From: Lama glama
Taxonomy: Eukaryota
DNA: 64,000 nucleotides
NCBI GenBank assembly: GCA_028534125.1
Contig: CM052818.1
Coordinates: 41,108,001 to 41,172,000 of the forward strand
Direction: 5' to 3'
The notes beneath the pieces were generated by a model, which was not told the origin of the DNA, made no database searches, and saw only the letters and a program-made list of their open reading frames with translations. Shown here in pieces: positions 25,771 to 38,198 of this stretch. Positions within the stretch are counted from its first letter, which is position 1. Every line of letters starts with the position of its first letter. A program made the translations under genes and the position numbers.

Positions 25771-27163
25771 CTGGAATTGACTGCCACAAATGTTCTTTCC
25801 CTGAATACATTTCTAAGTGCCTTTCTGCATCCAATCTGATGTATAAATGACCATCATTCTTACCCTTCTATTAAAATAATAGGTTTAATACTGGGAACTC
25901 ACCTATGAGTGAAAAATATATTGGTCCTTGAATTTTTAGAGACAAACATCTTCCTGGTAAACCTGTGATATTCTTGAGTCTGGAGAAGTTACAGACTGGA
26001 GAAGCTTAAAAGGAGAACTATGTGGTTCATCCTCTCAGTCTTTAGAATAATGAGGTAATTACTAACTTAAATAATCAAGACATCATTTTATAGATAGAAC
26101 AGCCAAAAGGAAAACTGACCTCTACTTCAAGATGGTATCTTAAAAGCAAATAAGAATTATTCAGCAAAATGAAACAGAAATATAACAGATGTGCTTTGAT
26201 TCATCTAAAAACTTTGGCTAAACAGGTGGATATTTTAAAAAACTCTTTATCTCTCATGGATTAAAGTGATGATTCTGTATTAAGAAGGAAGAAAATCCTT
26301 GTCTATATCTGGGGAAGAAGGGAGAAAGATGTGCTGGATCATGAAATGTTGGTGATTTGTAACTATTTGCTGAAAAGACTCAATCCCAGTAAAGATTTTT
26401 CCATTTGCAATTTGACACTGAGGACCCACCCAACACAGAAAATAGCCTGATTCTGGACTTTAAAGCATATTTAATAATATTCAATTAAACTTTTGTTTAT
26501 CCTAAAAGCAGTAATAAAATAGATTATTTAAAATTTCTATTTCTATTGAGTTGGCAGTGAGATGAGACTGTTATTAATTTATTAAACCTTTCATTGAATT
26601 TTATAAAATTGATATTTTAAAATTTTAACTTGTCAACAGAATAATATATTAAAAAAATACTTTACTTAACAACTCTATTTTCAAATATCCAAACTAGTTG
26701 TTCTTTTAATTAAAAAGATTTAAACTTCCTTTACTGGAGCTTATTTCTCAGCACCTCTATGAAGCTTTTCTTGCCTCACTCACTTTTTTAATGTTCTGTC
26801 CCATTTGGATACATTTTTTCCCTTCTTTTATTGTTAAATATAACAGTCATAAAGAAAGTTTATTAAATATGTATGTAATATACATGTACAATTTAACAAA
26901 TAATTACAAAGCCAACACTGGGATAATCACCATGCAAGTCAAGAAATAGTGCATTTTCAGCACCCTAACAGCCCTCCATGTGACCCTCCTCAGTTATGAC
27001 CCCACATTCCACCTTGAGGTAACCAGCATTCTGACTTATTCAGTAAGTGTTTACTTGCTTTGCATTATACTTCTACTGTCTGTGTTTACATCTGTAAATG
27101 ATACAGTAGTTTCATTTTTTGTATTTTGGGATATTATACTAATGAAATCACACTGAAAATGTT

Positions 27164-27424
27164 GGGGTTTTTTCCTCTTTTTTTTATTGAGGTATAGTCA
27201 GTTTACATGTTGTGTCAATTTCTGGTGTACAGCACAATGCTTCAGTCATACATGAACATACATATATTCATTTTCATATTCTTTTTCACTGTAAACTACT
27301 CAAGATACTGAGTATTTTTCCCTGTGCTATACAGTATAAGCTTGTTTATCTATTGTATGTATACCAGTCAGTATCTGCAAATCTCGAACTCCCAGTTTAT
27401 CCCTTCCCACCCTCCTCCCCCCCA
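27164..27424 (-). mobile_element. Young, severely 5'-truncated L1 3'UTR (camelid-type)
   Basis: T-rich tail plus 'attgaggtatagtcagtttacatgttgtgtcaatttctggtgtacagc...cccttcccaccctcctcccc'. TSD AAAATGTT at 27156-27163 and 27425-27432. Confidence 0.9.
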
Positions 27425-27669
27425 AAAATGTTCTTCGTGATGCATTTTTTGCTACATGCTATTTTTCTGAGAGCTATCCGTATTATTGCAGGAAGCTATA
27501 GCTTACTTTCATTGCTATACAGTAATGCATTGTACCATTTCACCGTAACTTAAGCATCCTTTTATTGATAGTGATTGGATTGTCTCCAGTTTGGTGAATT
27601 ATGAAAAATGCTGCTATGAACTTCCTTGTTCAGGTGTCCTGGTGTGCATGTGTATGATTATCTCTAAAG

Positions 27670-27853
27670 CAGTGTTTTTCAAAGTATGGCCTTTGCATCA
27701 GCAGCTTCAACATCACTTGGGAATTCATTAGAAATGCAAATTCTCAGGTCACATTCCAGACCTTACTTAATTGAAAATTCTGGTGGTGGGGCCTGGCAAT
27801 CTGGGATTTGCCCTCCAGATGATTCTGACACACATTAAAGACTGAGAACCAGC
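27670..27853. mobile_element. MER5A-like hAT-Charlie MITE
   Basis: 'cagtgtttttcaaagt...ttagaaatgcaaattctcagg...ccctccagatgattctga...tgagaacca'. Confidence 0.85.
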
Positions 27854-28349
27854 ATGAGTGTCCACCCAGAGCTGGAATGGGTCATAGGTGAAGCATATCT
27901 TCAACTTTACTTGATAAAGTCCAATTTACACCATGACCAGCATCATATTTTGTTAAGGCCATGATGTGATTGCATGAAAGCTTGTGACCTTGTTATAGAA
28001 TGTAAATTTTAAAACTTCAAACATGCTTATAAAAATTCAGTTGCATTATTATTTATCCATGGGTGCTAATGCATTCTTATTGTTTTGACTGTGAATAAGC
28101 AGATATTAGACAATTATTGCGTTTTATCCTGGACAAGGATTCATTTCTTTAATCATTTTTACCCACCATTTTATTTTAAATTAATTAATTTGTGAGTTGG
28201 TGATACATGTAAAGTGTGCATATTTTCAAAGGTTGAAAAATGCATGTATGCAATGAAAATCTCTCTCTAGTTCTGTCTTTGAGTAGATATTTCCCTTCCT
28301 AAGCCAACCACTGTGAGCAGTTTCCAAGAAAGGATTCAAAAACAGTTCC

Positions 28350-28595
28350 CTCTGTGCCTATTCCATGTATCATTTAGGATTAGGGAGTCTCCCTTCTGTG
28401 CTCCCAGAGCTCCCTGACTTGCCTTCATCCTGGTATTTGTAACATTGAATGGTTAATTGTTTACATTTCTGTCTCCTGTCTAAACTGGGATTTCTTTGGT
28501 TATGGAGATTAAGTTTTATCATACCCAGATCCTTAGTACGGGCAGTGCCTGGTGGAAAAGGCAATTAATAAAAACATGACACCTGAATGAATTAA
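28350..28595. mobile_element. L2 LINE 3' end
   Basis: 'tgtttacatttctgtctcctgtctaaactggga...cttagtacgggcagtgcctgg...tgaatgaat'. Confidence 0.65.
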
Positions 28596-29433
28596 AACAT
28601 GATTTTTTACTTTTAGCTCTGTTGCTTTCTCAAGTTTAAATGTCTGGCTTTTTTGGCTAATTTTCCTTTCCCAGCATGTCTTCATTCGGGTGAGATTTGT
28701 AGAATGGCGTCTTGTGTTGAATGTGACTGTTTGCAGGTAGATTAATAGCTAATGAGCTTTGCTGGACTTTAGAGCCTGGAGTCAGGAAGTTGGGCATCTT
28801 CTCCATCTCTGCCCTCCTTTGAGAGGTTGCAAAGGGCAGTGCTACTTTCTTGCTTTGAAGAGGCTTATAAATACTCTAGTTTACAGAATCCATTCATTAT
28901 CATTGATTATAGAGCAACAGCTCACCCATTTGATTAGGGGAAATGATTACTTAGAGTTTTGTAGTCTTAGAAAAGCCAATGTTTGCTGAATAGGAGTTTT
29001 AATCTTTTTACCTAAATGAGGTTTCTTTTCTAGCAAACCTACTGAGTTGCCTGTTTCTAGCATTCTGAGATTCTGTCTACTTTTGTTGTTCTCATTGTAA
29101 GTGGAACTCCACTCTTTGAATTGAACAAGGCAGCACTTTAAAGCCCTCACTGAGTTTGGGGAAAGAATGTTCTGCTACCTCTGGCTGCACTTGAATGTTG
29201 AGAAATTGTCTTTTAAAGTTTGGCTGTCAAAATAACTGCTCAGAATTATAGCTAGCAGATTTGTTTGATCTTTCTATCTCCAGTGTGAAGAAACCTTAAT
29301 TTTTTTTCTCCTGTTCTTTTTATTTTCATTATTGTGAACTTGAGGATAGTTATCTTGAGCTGCAAATTCTGAGGAATCCAGTAAACAGGCTGTGTCTTTC
29401 TATTTTTGCCCTGTGTGTGAAAGAAAGAGGATG

Positions 29434-29626
29434 TTGCCTGGCATTCTACTATTTTATGTGTGCTACATCGTAAACAATATGAATGAAAATGTTTCTTTTG
29501 AAAAGGAGTGGTCCTTGGCATGGCTAGATACTGATAAATTACTGTTGTTAAAGTTAAATCTTGTTGAACTTGATACAATGGACTTCTCTCAATTCAGGTT
29601 TTGAATTTATTAAGGAAGAGAGTTAC
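29434..29626 (+). repeat. Copy A of a diverged local direct duplication
   Basis: Aligns to 30556-30742. The first 92 nt are ungapped with 23 mismatches by hand count (~75%). Confidence 0.85.
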
Positions 29627-29955
29627 CTGCATGATGCAAAGGTTACCAACAGTCAGGAAAAATAAATCCCGTTTTGGACTCTTATGGAAATGAGCTGACA
29701 TTAAATAGAACAAGAGAGCTACATGTGCTGTTCTGGAAAGCTCTCCAAAGTATATTACTACTGATACCTGTATAGTGCAAAATATTATTTATTGGCTAAT
29801 CCTATTTAAATAGTAAAAATGATATTGTATACATTGATGTTAGGAGCCGACGTTTCCACAAGGGTTAGGCAAGGAGAATTACCTCTGAGTAGTGGGGCAG
29901 AGTTTGGGAGAGATGGAGGAAGACTTGCTTTTTTCATTTTGTATTTGTTCTTAGT

Positions 29956-30389
29956 TGTTGGGGGGCACAGCAGGTCGGTGCATGGGTGCTTAAAGAATCT
30001 ACCAGAGACGAAGAAAAGTTTAAGAGACAAAGAAAAAGTTAGATATGCTGCTGTAAGCAACAGCGGGCCACACAGATGGGAGGTGCCTGTGCATGCACTG
30101 AGGGAAAGTGTTTTAGGCTTTTTATAAGGAAGGGTCTAACCATTTATGTGCTTTGAGGAAGGCGGTCAGTGTTGAAAGTTTCCAAATGTTAGCTGATTTA
30201 CTATCTAAGGGCTTAAGTTTATCTTTAGGAGGAGGTAAGTGGCCTGGTTTGCTTGAGGAATTTGGGGGCTAAAGGAATTACATGCTGGGAGAGGAATTTT
30301 TGTTGTTTTCTTAGGGCACAGGCAGGCATCTTGTGACTGGAGCCCCTTTGGCACTCAGTGAAGCCTCCTACTTGTCCTCAAACCCTACA
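29956..30389 (-). mobile_element. Solo LTR, 434 bp
   Basis: TG...CA ends, exact 5-bp TSD TTAGT (29951-29955 and 30390-30394), minus-strand TATAAAA at 30120-30126. Confidence 0.85.
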
Positions 30390-30555
30390 TTAGTGTTTGA
30401 TTATTATTCCATGAGCTTGTATCATTTTTATGAAAAATAAAATAAACATTAAATAAATGTACAAAAACAGCAGTGACACCTTTTATCTGGTACTTGATGG
30501 TTTGAACTTCAGTTTCTTTACCTGAAACAATCAGTGATAATTGCTTTAGTAATTA

Positions 30556-30742
30556 TTGCCTGAAATTTCCCTGTTTCTTGTGTGCTGTGTCATAGACAAC
30601 ATCAATGAAAACCTTTCCTTTGAAAAGGAATGACATTTGGCATGGCTGGATAAAATATTGTTTTCAAGTTAAGTCCTGTTGACATTGATATTCTGACCTT
30701 TATTTTTCACTTCAGTTTTATGAAGCTGCTAAAGAGAGTTAC
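30556..30742 (+). repeat. Copy B of the diverged local direct duplication
   Basis: Shares 'ttgcctg', 'tgtgtgct', 'aatgaaaa', 'tttgaaaagga', 'ttggcatggct' and 'aagagagttac' in the same order as 29434-29626. Confidence 0.85.
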
Positions 30743-31384
30743 TTCTTGCTCGTGAAGCTGTTTGAGGATCAAATGGAGAAGTTATTTTAGTAAATATTTT
30801 TAGAAAAGATACTTTGCTTTAATTTTGTGAAGAATTCAGAGAGGCCTGCTCCTTTAAAGAATACAATCTGGTAAGAAAGCAAAGATGTTCAAACACACGG
30901 ACTCTTCATTTCATCTCTTCTCCTAGTGCTGAGCACATAGAAATATTATTTCATGTCCTTAAATTCTAAGCACCTATTTTCTTTATATATTCAACGGAGA
31001 TAATAAAGGCTGCCGGCTTACCTGTGCTGCTTTTCCCAAAAAGAGAATGACCAGAGAAATATGAAAGCTCTCATCGTTGAGACTGCTATTCAGAGGGAGA
31101 GAAATAATGGTTTTTAAGGAAGAAGTGAGACATTACTAATAGGCATTTGTTAGATTCTGAACCCCTTGAAGGCTGGAACCATGTCTGATTAATTAATCTT
31201 TATAACCCCAGTACATAGTACAATATCTGCAAAATAGTAGGTGCTTATTAAATGTCTGCTGAATAAACCAAGAATGTCTTCACAAGTGGTCTTATCTATT
31301 TTAATTTTTAGGGAAACAAAATAGAAATTATAGTTAAACATTTCTCATCCTGCAAATATTTTGAGATAAAAGAATGTGGAATGG

Positions 31385-31713
31385 TGTTATGACTTTAATG
31401 TTTGTGTTCCCTCCTGCATTCCCTCACCCCAGTTCATATGTTGAGGCCCTAAGAGATTGACGAAGTTATGAGGGTGGGGCCCTCACGGTAGGATTAGTGT
31501 CCTTATCAGGAGAGACACCAGAGAGCTCGTTTCCTGTCTCTCCCTACCAAGTGAAGACAGCAAGTCAGGAGGGGGGACTTTTACCCTGAACCTAACTGGC
31601 TTGTGCCTTGGCCTTGCACTTCCCAGCCTCAGAACTGTAAAAAAATTGATTTTTGTTATTTAAGCTGCCCAGTTTGTGGTATATTGTTATGGCAGCCCAC
31701 ATTGACAAATACA
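31385..31713 (+). mobile_element. MaLR LTR (MLT1A-like)
   Basis: 'tgttatgactttaatgtttgtgttccc...ggattagtgtcctt...tttaagctgcccagtttgtggtatattgttatggcagccc...aataca'. Near-TSD aatgg/gatgg. Confidence 0.85.
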
Positions 31714-31739
31714 GATGGATAGGAAGTATAATAGTTTAA

Positions 31740-31950
31740 TATCTAAGTGGCTTGGATTTGCATGAATTATTTCATTTCATTCTCATATCTAATGTGGAAT
31801 ATATTGATTCTACTTATTCTACTTTATCTAAAAGGAGATTGAGACAAGGAGAGAGATTAAGTAATTGGCCAGTAAATGGTAGAGCCAGGATTTTAATCAA
31901 AATCTGTATGATTTAAAAATCCATTTCTTTCCAGTACCCTACACTGCTGG
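31740..31950. mobile_element. MIR SINE
   Basis: 'attgagacaaggagagagattaagtaattggcc-agtaaatggtagagccaggatttt'. Confidence 0.7.
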
Positions 31951-32079
31951 AGACAGATGAAGTGATTGTTTCTCTCTAAGATCTGGATGCTTCTAGTTTT
32001 ATTGTATTTTTGATCTTCATGTTTAGGTTAGATCCCCATGACATTAAAAATCACAGTCTTCACAGGACTATTATCATTG

Positions 32080-33620
32080 GATTTGCATTTTTTAACCAGA
32101 AGCATTGTCTTCGGAATCCTGGACTATGGTTTTAAATCCATATCAAATTTGTTTTGGGGGATAAAGTGAGATGAAAGGATCTAACTTTATTTTTCTAACT
32201 GGTTGGCTGAGTCCCCCAGTACTTATTGAGTAATTCTTCCTTCTTCTTTGAATTTGAAATATCCTTATCACACGATTTATTCTAATATACATATTTGAGC
32301 AATGATATTTTGCTCTTCTGATCTGTTACATATTTGAATGCCAATGCCTCTCTTTAAATTTATTTCTATATGCTGAATTTTAATATTGAATTCATAATTA
32401 ACCCCCAATCATTATGATTTTAGAGAAGTCTTATTTTTCTGCAGTTTTTCTTTAAAATTGTTTTTAAATTTACAGAAATAAACATATACATTTTAATAAA
32501 ATTATGCTCCATTTATAGATTTATTTGTATATAATTGATCTCTTTAAAATATTGTCATCTTATCTAGGAAAATAGCATTTATTCTATATTACTTTCATTA
32601 ACCTCTAGGAAGTCTGCGATTTCCTTTATATAGGTGGTATAAATTTCTTATTGAGTTAATCTAAAGTATTTTTTAGTTTCTGTTTTTGTTATATTTTCTC
32701 TTTGATTATCATTAATAGATAGGAAGACACTGATTTATGACATTTATTTCATAACTAACCATGTTATTAACTTAATTAAAATTTTATAGTCTTTTAGCAG
32801 ATTCTCTTTGGTTTTTCAAATAGACAATCAAGTCATCACCGATAGTATTAATCATATCTTGTTACTTTTTATTACTTGGGCCTTGTTCATTGAAAAATAG
32901 TGGTATTAGAAGTCATCTTTATCTTGTTATTGGGAAAGTAGGTTTTCATAATTTTATATAATATTATTTATTGGTTTACAATAAGGATTGTTTAAGAACT
33001 TTTTTCTGATTACAAAAGTAACTTGTAATTATAACATTTAGCTATATATAAACAATATAAAGTGTTTATGGTGAAAGCCCCTCATAATCTTCATCCCTAG
33101 AGATAACTCCTGTTGATAGTTTGGTGTCTAATCTCTTAGACTTTGTGTTCAGCTTGATGAGCTATCAGTGCGTTTTTCCAGTTGTACAGCCATCACTATA
33201 GTTCAGTTTTAGGACATTTCCATTACCCTTTAAAGTTCCCTTGTGCCTGTTTCCAGTCAATGCCCATGGCCACTCCAGCCCCAGGCAACACTAGTCTGCT
33301 TTCTGTCTCTGTAGTTTTGCCTTTTCCTTGTCCTTTTATTTGATTGCATAGTGTTCCATTTTGTGGCTTCATCAACATTTATTTAGTCAATCTTCTATTG
33401 TAAATAAAGCTACAGTGACCATCATGGCACAAATACCTTTGTACCCTTTTTGAATATCTTATAGGTTAGACATGCACATTTTATATTATAATTCATATGA
33501 AAATTGTCTTACAAAAACCATGCAGTCTGAATTCACAGTGTCAGTTCATGAGTTTTCTCACAGCCTCAACACCGCTGAGAATTAGTCCTTGTTTTGGTCT
33601 TTGTCATTCTAGTAGGTGAA
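32080..33620 (-). mobile_element. Very old L1 (L1ME-like) fragments with a younger L1 3'UTR piece at ~33150-33330
   Basis: T-rich antisense L1 motifs, e.g. 'ccagccccaggcaacactagtctgctttctgtctctgtagttttgccttttc'. Confidence 0.6.
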
Positions 33621-34454
33621 ATGTGATAAAGTAATAGTTTAGAGTATAGTTTCAAGGGCTGGATGACCTCCCTGCAGTCTTTTTGTACTACTTTCTAGCT
33701 GTGTGATGTGGGTGAGAAAGCATTGTATAGTTTTACTACATAAAATATATCACTGTATTATAGTTTCTTCATTGATCATTTGTTCTATCTGTTGAGATTT
33801 TAAATTAAAACTTCCATAATCTTTTCCAGTGCTATTTTGGTATCTAGATATAGAACTAGATATAGAAATATATTTAGGTATATAGATATACTATGTATTA
33901 TTGTATCCTAATTTTATATTACCTTTTTAAACTCTGACTAGGTGGTAAACTCTTTAATATTTTCTTTCACTCATTTGAGTTTCTATTATCCCCTTTATGT
34001 GATTAAGCTCCCTGGGGCAGAGATATGTTTTCTTTATCCAGAGCTCAGTATATTTCCTGATTACAAGCACTTAATATATGTTTGATGATTGAATGAATAA
34101 ATGAATACACAAATAAAATAGAAAGTACTTTGCTCTTCTCTAGACAAGACTGTGCAGATGACTGCCTATTATGTTCAACACTCACAGCAGCAGTTCCCAG
34201 GAGTACAAACAGGCGGTATCTCAGACACTCCTTCCGCCATCCTACTTTGAAGGAAAGAATTCAAAATATCTTCAACTTCATTTTGGGAGATTTTTGAAAG
34301 GCCATTTCTATTTATTTTCAGAAAGAATGGATTATTGGCAGTAGTGTGCCATTTCCCTTCTCCCTGTGTGTGACTAATCGCATAACTTCCTCGCTATACT
34401 CTGGCTTGAACGTTGAGGGCAAAGTAGAGATTTGACTTCGCTGATGAGACTCTG

Positions 34455-34960
34455 ATCAGCGTTTTCAATCGAGACTCAGATGAGACCGTGGAAGGGAGAG
34501 AGAGGCTCATCAGCTTTGCAGATGACACAGGCCTTTCAGCCTGGAATCAAAGAGCAGCACAAGAGGCCAGAACAGTGGGTTGAAGCGAGCAAGTCTGACC
34601 TTTAAAAGGTAAAGTGTAAAGTATGCTTTTAGGTTTAAATAGTCAACTGAACAAGCCAGAGAGACACAGCTTGGTAGCACTCTGGCAAAAAGACCTCGCT
34701 TTTAATTGACCTCAGATCAATTAAGCCCTAAGTAGCCCAAGGCATGAACCCAAGCTTAGCTTAACTAATCGGAGTGTGGTGGGGGTGATACTTTGTTCTC
34801 TCAGAGTGAGATCATACCAGAAATATCAGGTTCAATTCCTGATAAAAATAAGTTTCAGGAAGAGTCTTAAGCAATTGTATCTGTAGAGAAAAATCTCATG
34901 ATTTTGAAGGAACTTAGTATCATCTTTTCGTATGTTACAAGCTGTGGTTAAATAACTGCA
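34455..34960 (+). mobile_element. L3/CR1 LINE reverse-transcriptase remnant
   Basis: 'ctcatcagctttgcagatgacaca' encodes LISFADDT (CR1 catalytic FADD at 34515-34526), followed by a degenerate 'KCKV..LG..' segment. Confidence 0.8.
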
Positions 34961-35456
34961 CATATCCCAGAAAAGGGAATTTTCAGAAGTTCAGCGTAAC
35001 TGTGATCTAACTGAGAGAATGTTATGTGAAACTGGGACAATTTTCACTCAGTTCTGTTTGTCTCCAGAAGACAGGATAAGGATAACAGAGATAAAATTAC
35101 AGGAAGCATCTCCTGGCTTCTCGTAGAATATCAAGAGACAATAAACTTTAAAACTATATAGTTTTATAGGTAGTGTCATGGCCATTTTACACAGAAAGAC
35201 TCCAAAACTCAGAAGAGAAAAGCTTATGGCCAATAAGGTTTCAGAGCCCAGGTCTTCAAACTCCAGTTTCCATGCTCTTGTTACCCGTCATTCTTCAGAC
35301 ATGGAACTGAATGTCCCCGGAAGCAATGTCTTTCTAGACATGGGATATGGTTATGCAGAGTCTCAACTGGACGTCCTTTTGTCAGGGATGTTAAAGCTAG
35401 TTTTCAACTCAGTGGGTTATAGGCCCAGATACTTTGGTAACAACACACTTGAAGGC

Positions 35457-35723
35457 AGTGTTTTCTAAGCTAATGTTATGTGGATCCTCTTCTGCATGAC
35501 CTTAAAGTAAGTACTTCATGAAAACAGGATACTTTCATCAAATAAATGGGAAATGCTGAGTAGGTTTCTTTTCTTTAAAACTGTAGGACTTCTAAAGCCT
35601 TTAATATCCTTATATACATTGTAATCACATAAACTTTTTTGACAAAAAGAATCTCCTTTTTTGGTGGTACCCACTAATAGTTCTTGGAACTACTTTGTTG
35701 TAGAACACAGGTTGTAAAACACT
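35457..35723. mobile_element. hAT-Charlie-type MITE
   Basis: Terminal inverted repeats 'cagtgtttt' and 'aaaacactg'. Confidence 0.6.
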
Positions 35724-36859
35724 GCTCTAATGAATTTTTTATCTCTAAGAGGCTATGTTAACAGAGAAAAGAATTCAGATTGGCCTAATAATAGCCACTG
35801 TTCTTAAAAATTGCTAAAATTGTGAAACCAGATCAACTTTGCAAACACAGACTATGTTAAGTCACGATCCATTTATTCCTTTTGCATTGCTCTGGTGGTA
35901 AAGGCAATGGATGGGTAGCATGTCTCATTGCACTTTATAAGGTGCCTGGCTCTGGTTCTCAATTTTCTTTTTTAGACCTGAATATCAGAAGACATCTTAA
36001 CAGGGTTCAGACAAGTAAAATTACAGAAGCAACTTGCCCAAAGTATGAAAGAAGCTAGAGATTTAATAAATGAATTAAGTCTATCAATGTTTACTGTTTA
36101 TATTACATAAACATTAAAAATGTTTACCTTTCTCCTTCTACTTTACTCACTCTGTCATACTCCAAGCCTCAGCTCATCCTTTTCATCTTTTGGCAAATAT
36201 TGCCAATCTACTAGCCCCTCTTCTTCTGAGCTTGAACACATCCATAGATAGAGCAGAATCACTCTGTGAGAGGGGACCATAGACTCCTCTGCCTCATGTC
36301 TTAGCTCATTCACCCACCCTCCTCACCCACATTCCCAAAGGGGCTGGCACTGGACAGGCCATGGGGACTCTTTCAGAACTTGAGGGATTGACTGTCAGGT
36401 TCCACCACCAGTCCCCTTTCCCAACTATCCTTGTGTAATAGACTCAGCAGGAGGCTAGATTTTCATGACATTCTTTCTCTAGGGATCTCCTCCCAAATTT
36501 GTTAGCATTCTTTAGCTCAGTTGGCTGGGAGTCTTGCTGAAAATAGATATTCCTGTTTCAATTAGATCAGATTCAAATTAAATTGTCCCATGTCAATAAC
36601 ATGTATTCTTCTAGCAGAAAAGAGTGGTAGTGGCAGCAATATGGAATTCTCTGTAAGTGGATAAGACAGAGCACGTTGGCTTCCTCTCCAGGAGGGGGCT
36701 TCTCACCATGTTTGTGGGCAGAACACTGCACTGTGGGCTTCTCAGCAACCCTCTTCACTTGTTTCCACTTCTTAAGGAGAAAACATGAATAGCAAATAAC
36801 TCTTTGCTATTGATAGAGATGTTGCTTTAGAGCCTGTCTTCTATTTGTAAATACCATTC

Positions 36860-37170
36860 TAATAATTACCATTTATAGTGTCTACTGTGTGCCTTAATTA
36901 TCTTATTTAATCATCATAATAAAAAACAATATCTAACATTTATTGACTCCCCATGTGCAAGACATTGTTCTAAGTTTCATATAAAATTTTTTCCACGTTA
37001 ACGTTATAACATTGGGACCAAGTAATTGACATTTCTCCTATTTTACAAATAAGGAAATCAAATTCAAAAACATTAAACAAGTTGACTTAGGACACTTAGC
37101 AAGTAAGTGGTAGAACTAGAACTTGAATCCAGTTTTTCACATTTCTTTGTGTAGAATCCATTCCATTGTA
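36860..37170. mobile_element. MIR SINE(s)
   Basis: 'taacatttattgactccccatgtgcaagacattgttctaag...cctattttacaaataaggaaat...gttgacttaggacac'. Confidence 0.75.
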
Positions 37171-38139
37171 TCAGAGGTACAATTGTAGGGCACACAGGGT
37201 TCCTTAGGCCGTACGGAGAGAAGGTGGGTTTGGAGTGGAATGCTGGTGGTGCTGCTGGGACTGGGAAGCTATTTAGGGTCCAGGGTAGCTCTGGGCTCCA
37301 CAAGGTCTCTCTTTCGTGGGGTCCTATCTTCTTCGCATGGTACTGCTTCACTCTCAGTTTGCTCCTTGTCTGGCCAACCCTCTCTGGAGCTGCTAGTCCA
37401 AAGGCAGTAGGTTGCTGCTCTGATTGGTCAGTATCCATCACCTCTACTGGTAGTGCTTTCAAGGACAGGCCCTATCATGGTTTGCTGGCCAGCCATGGGA
37501 GTCCGGCCTCTGGGTCAGGAGCCAGTGCTGCTTCAGCGAGTCACCAGCTCTGAACAAGACCTGGCCTAGCACTACTTCTCTGAGCTTAGGACTGTGGGTT
37601 GGGCAGTTCCAGCCAGAGGGGACGTTGGCCATAATAGTTCCTGGTCCTCTCAGGGCAGTTGAACTATCTTATGTGAATCATCAAGGAGCAAGGGTATCAG
37701 TACAGTTTGAGCCATGCTCAAAGCAAAATAATTTTCATTGTTACAGTGGATAGATTGCTATCCTCAGTAGAAAACATGTTTATGTCAAGTGTTAGATAGA
37801 AGCATCAATGATGAAGTCTTTCTCAGATCAATCTTAGATTTATAGCATTTATGTCTGGGCTAAATTCCCATGAAGGTGGCTGTGAATCATAGAAGACAGA
37901 TTCTTTGAGAACTGTCTGGCATCATTAGTTCTAAGACTAAGCCACAAATCAGTTATTTATCAAAATCAGAAAAAGTCCTTAATCAGATTTTGTACAAACC
38001 AATGCAGGTAGACCAATGCAGAAGACTAAGTGGTCAGATACAGATTGCAGCTGGTCCCGCATGGCCTCCCGGACAAATGGCCGAGCTCCAGGGTGTAGGG
38101 CCTCCTTGGAGCCCAAGAGGTGGGGTTTGCAGGTGGTGG

Positions 38140-38152
38140 CAGCAGCAGCAGC

Positions 38153-38196
<44 letters not shown>
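38140..38196. repeat. Interrupted trinucleotide repeat (CAG)4 CGG (CAG)14
   Basis: Directly counted; followed by CCGCCC. Confidence 0.98.

Positions 38197-38198
<2 letters not shown>

Larger units (their letters stand above)
26820..27950 (-). mobile_element. Old L1 (L1MC/ME-like) 3' end, host to two nested insertions
   Basis: 'atcaccatgcaagtcaagaaatagtgcatt...gaggtaaccagcattctgact' and 'ggattgtctccagtttgg...tgctgctatgaac'. Confidence 0.7.

Noticed and set aside
37073..37553. Longest ORF (129 aa) and an overlapping 109-aa ORF on the opposite strand
   Set aside because: Non-ATG starts, the 129-aa ORF runs into a MIR, and there is no recognisable domain. Probably chance or old repeat sequence.
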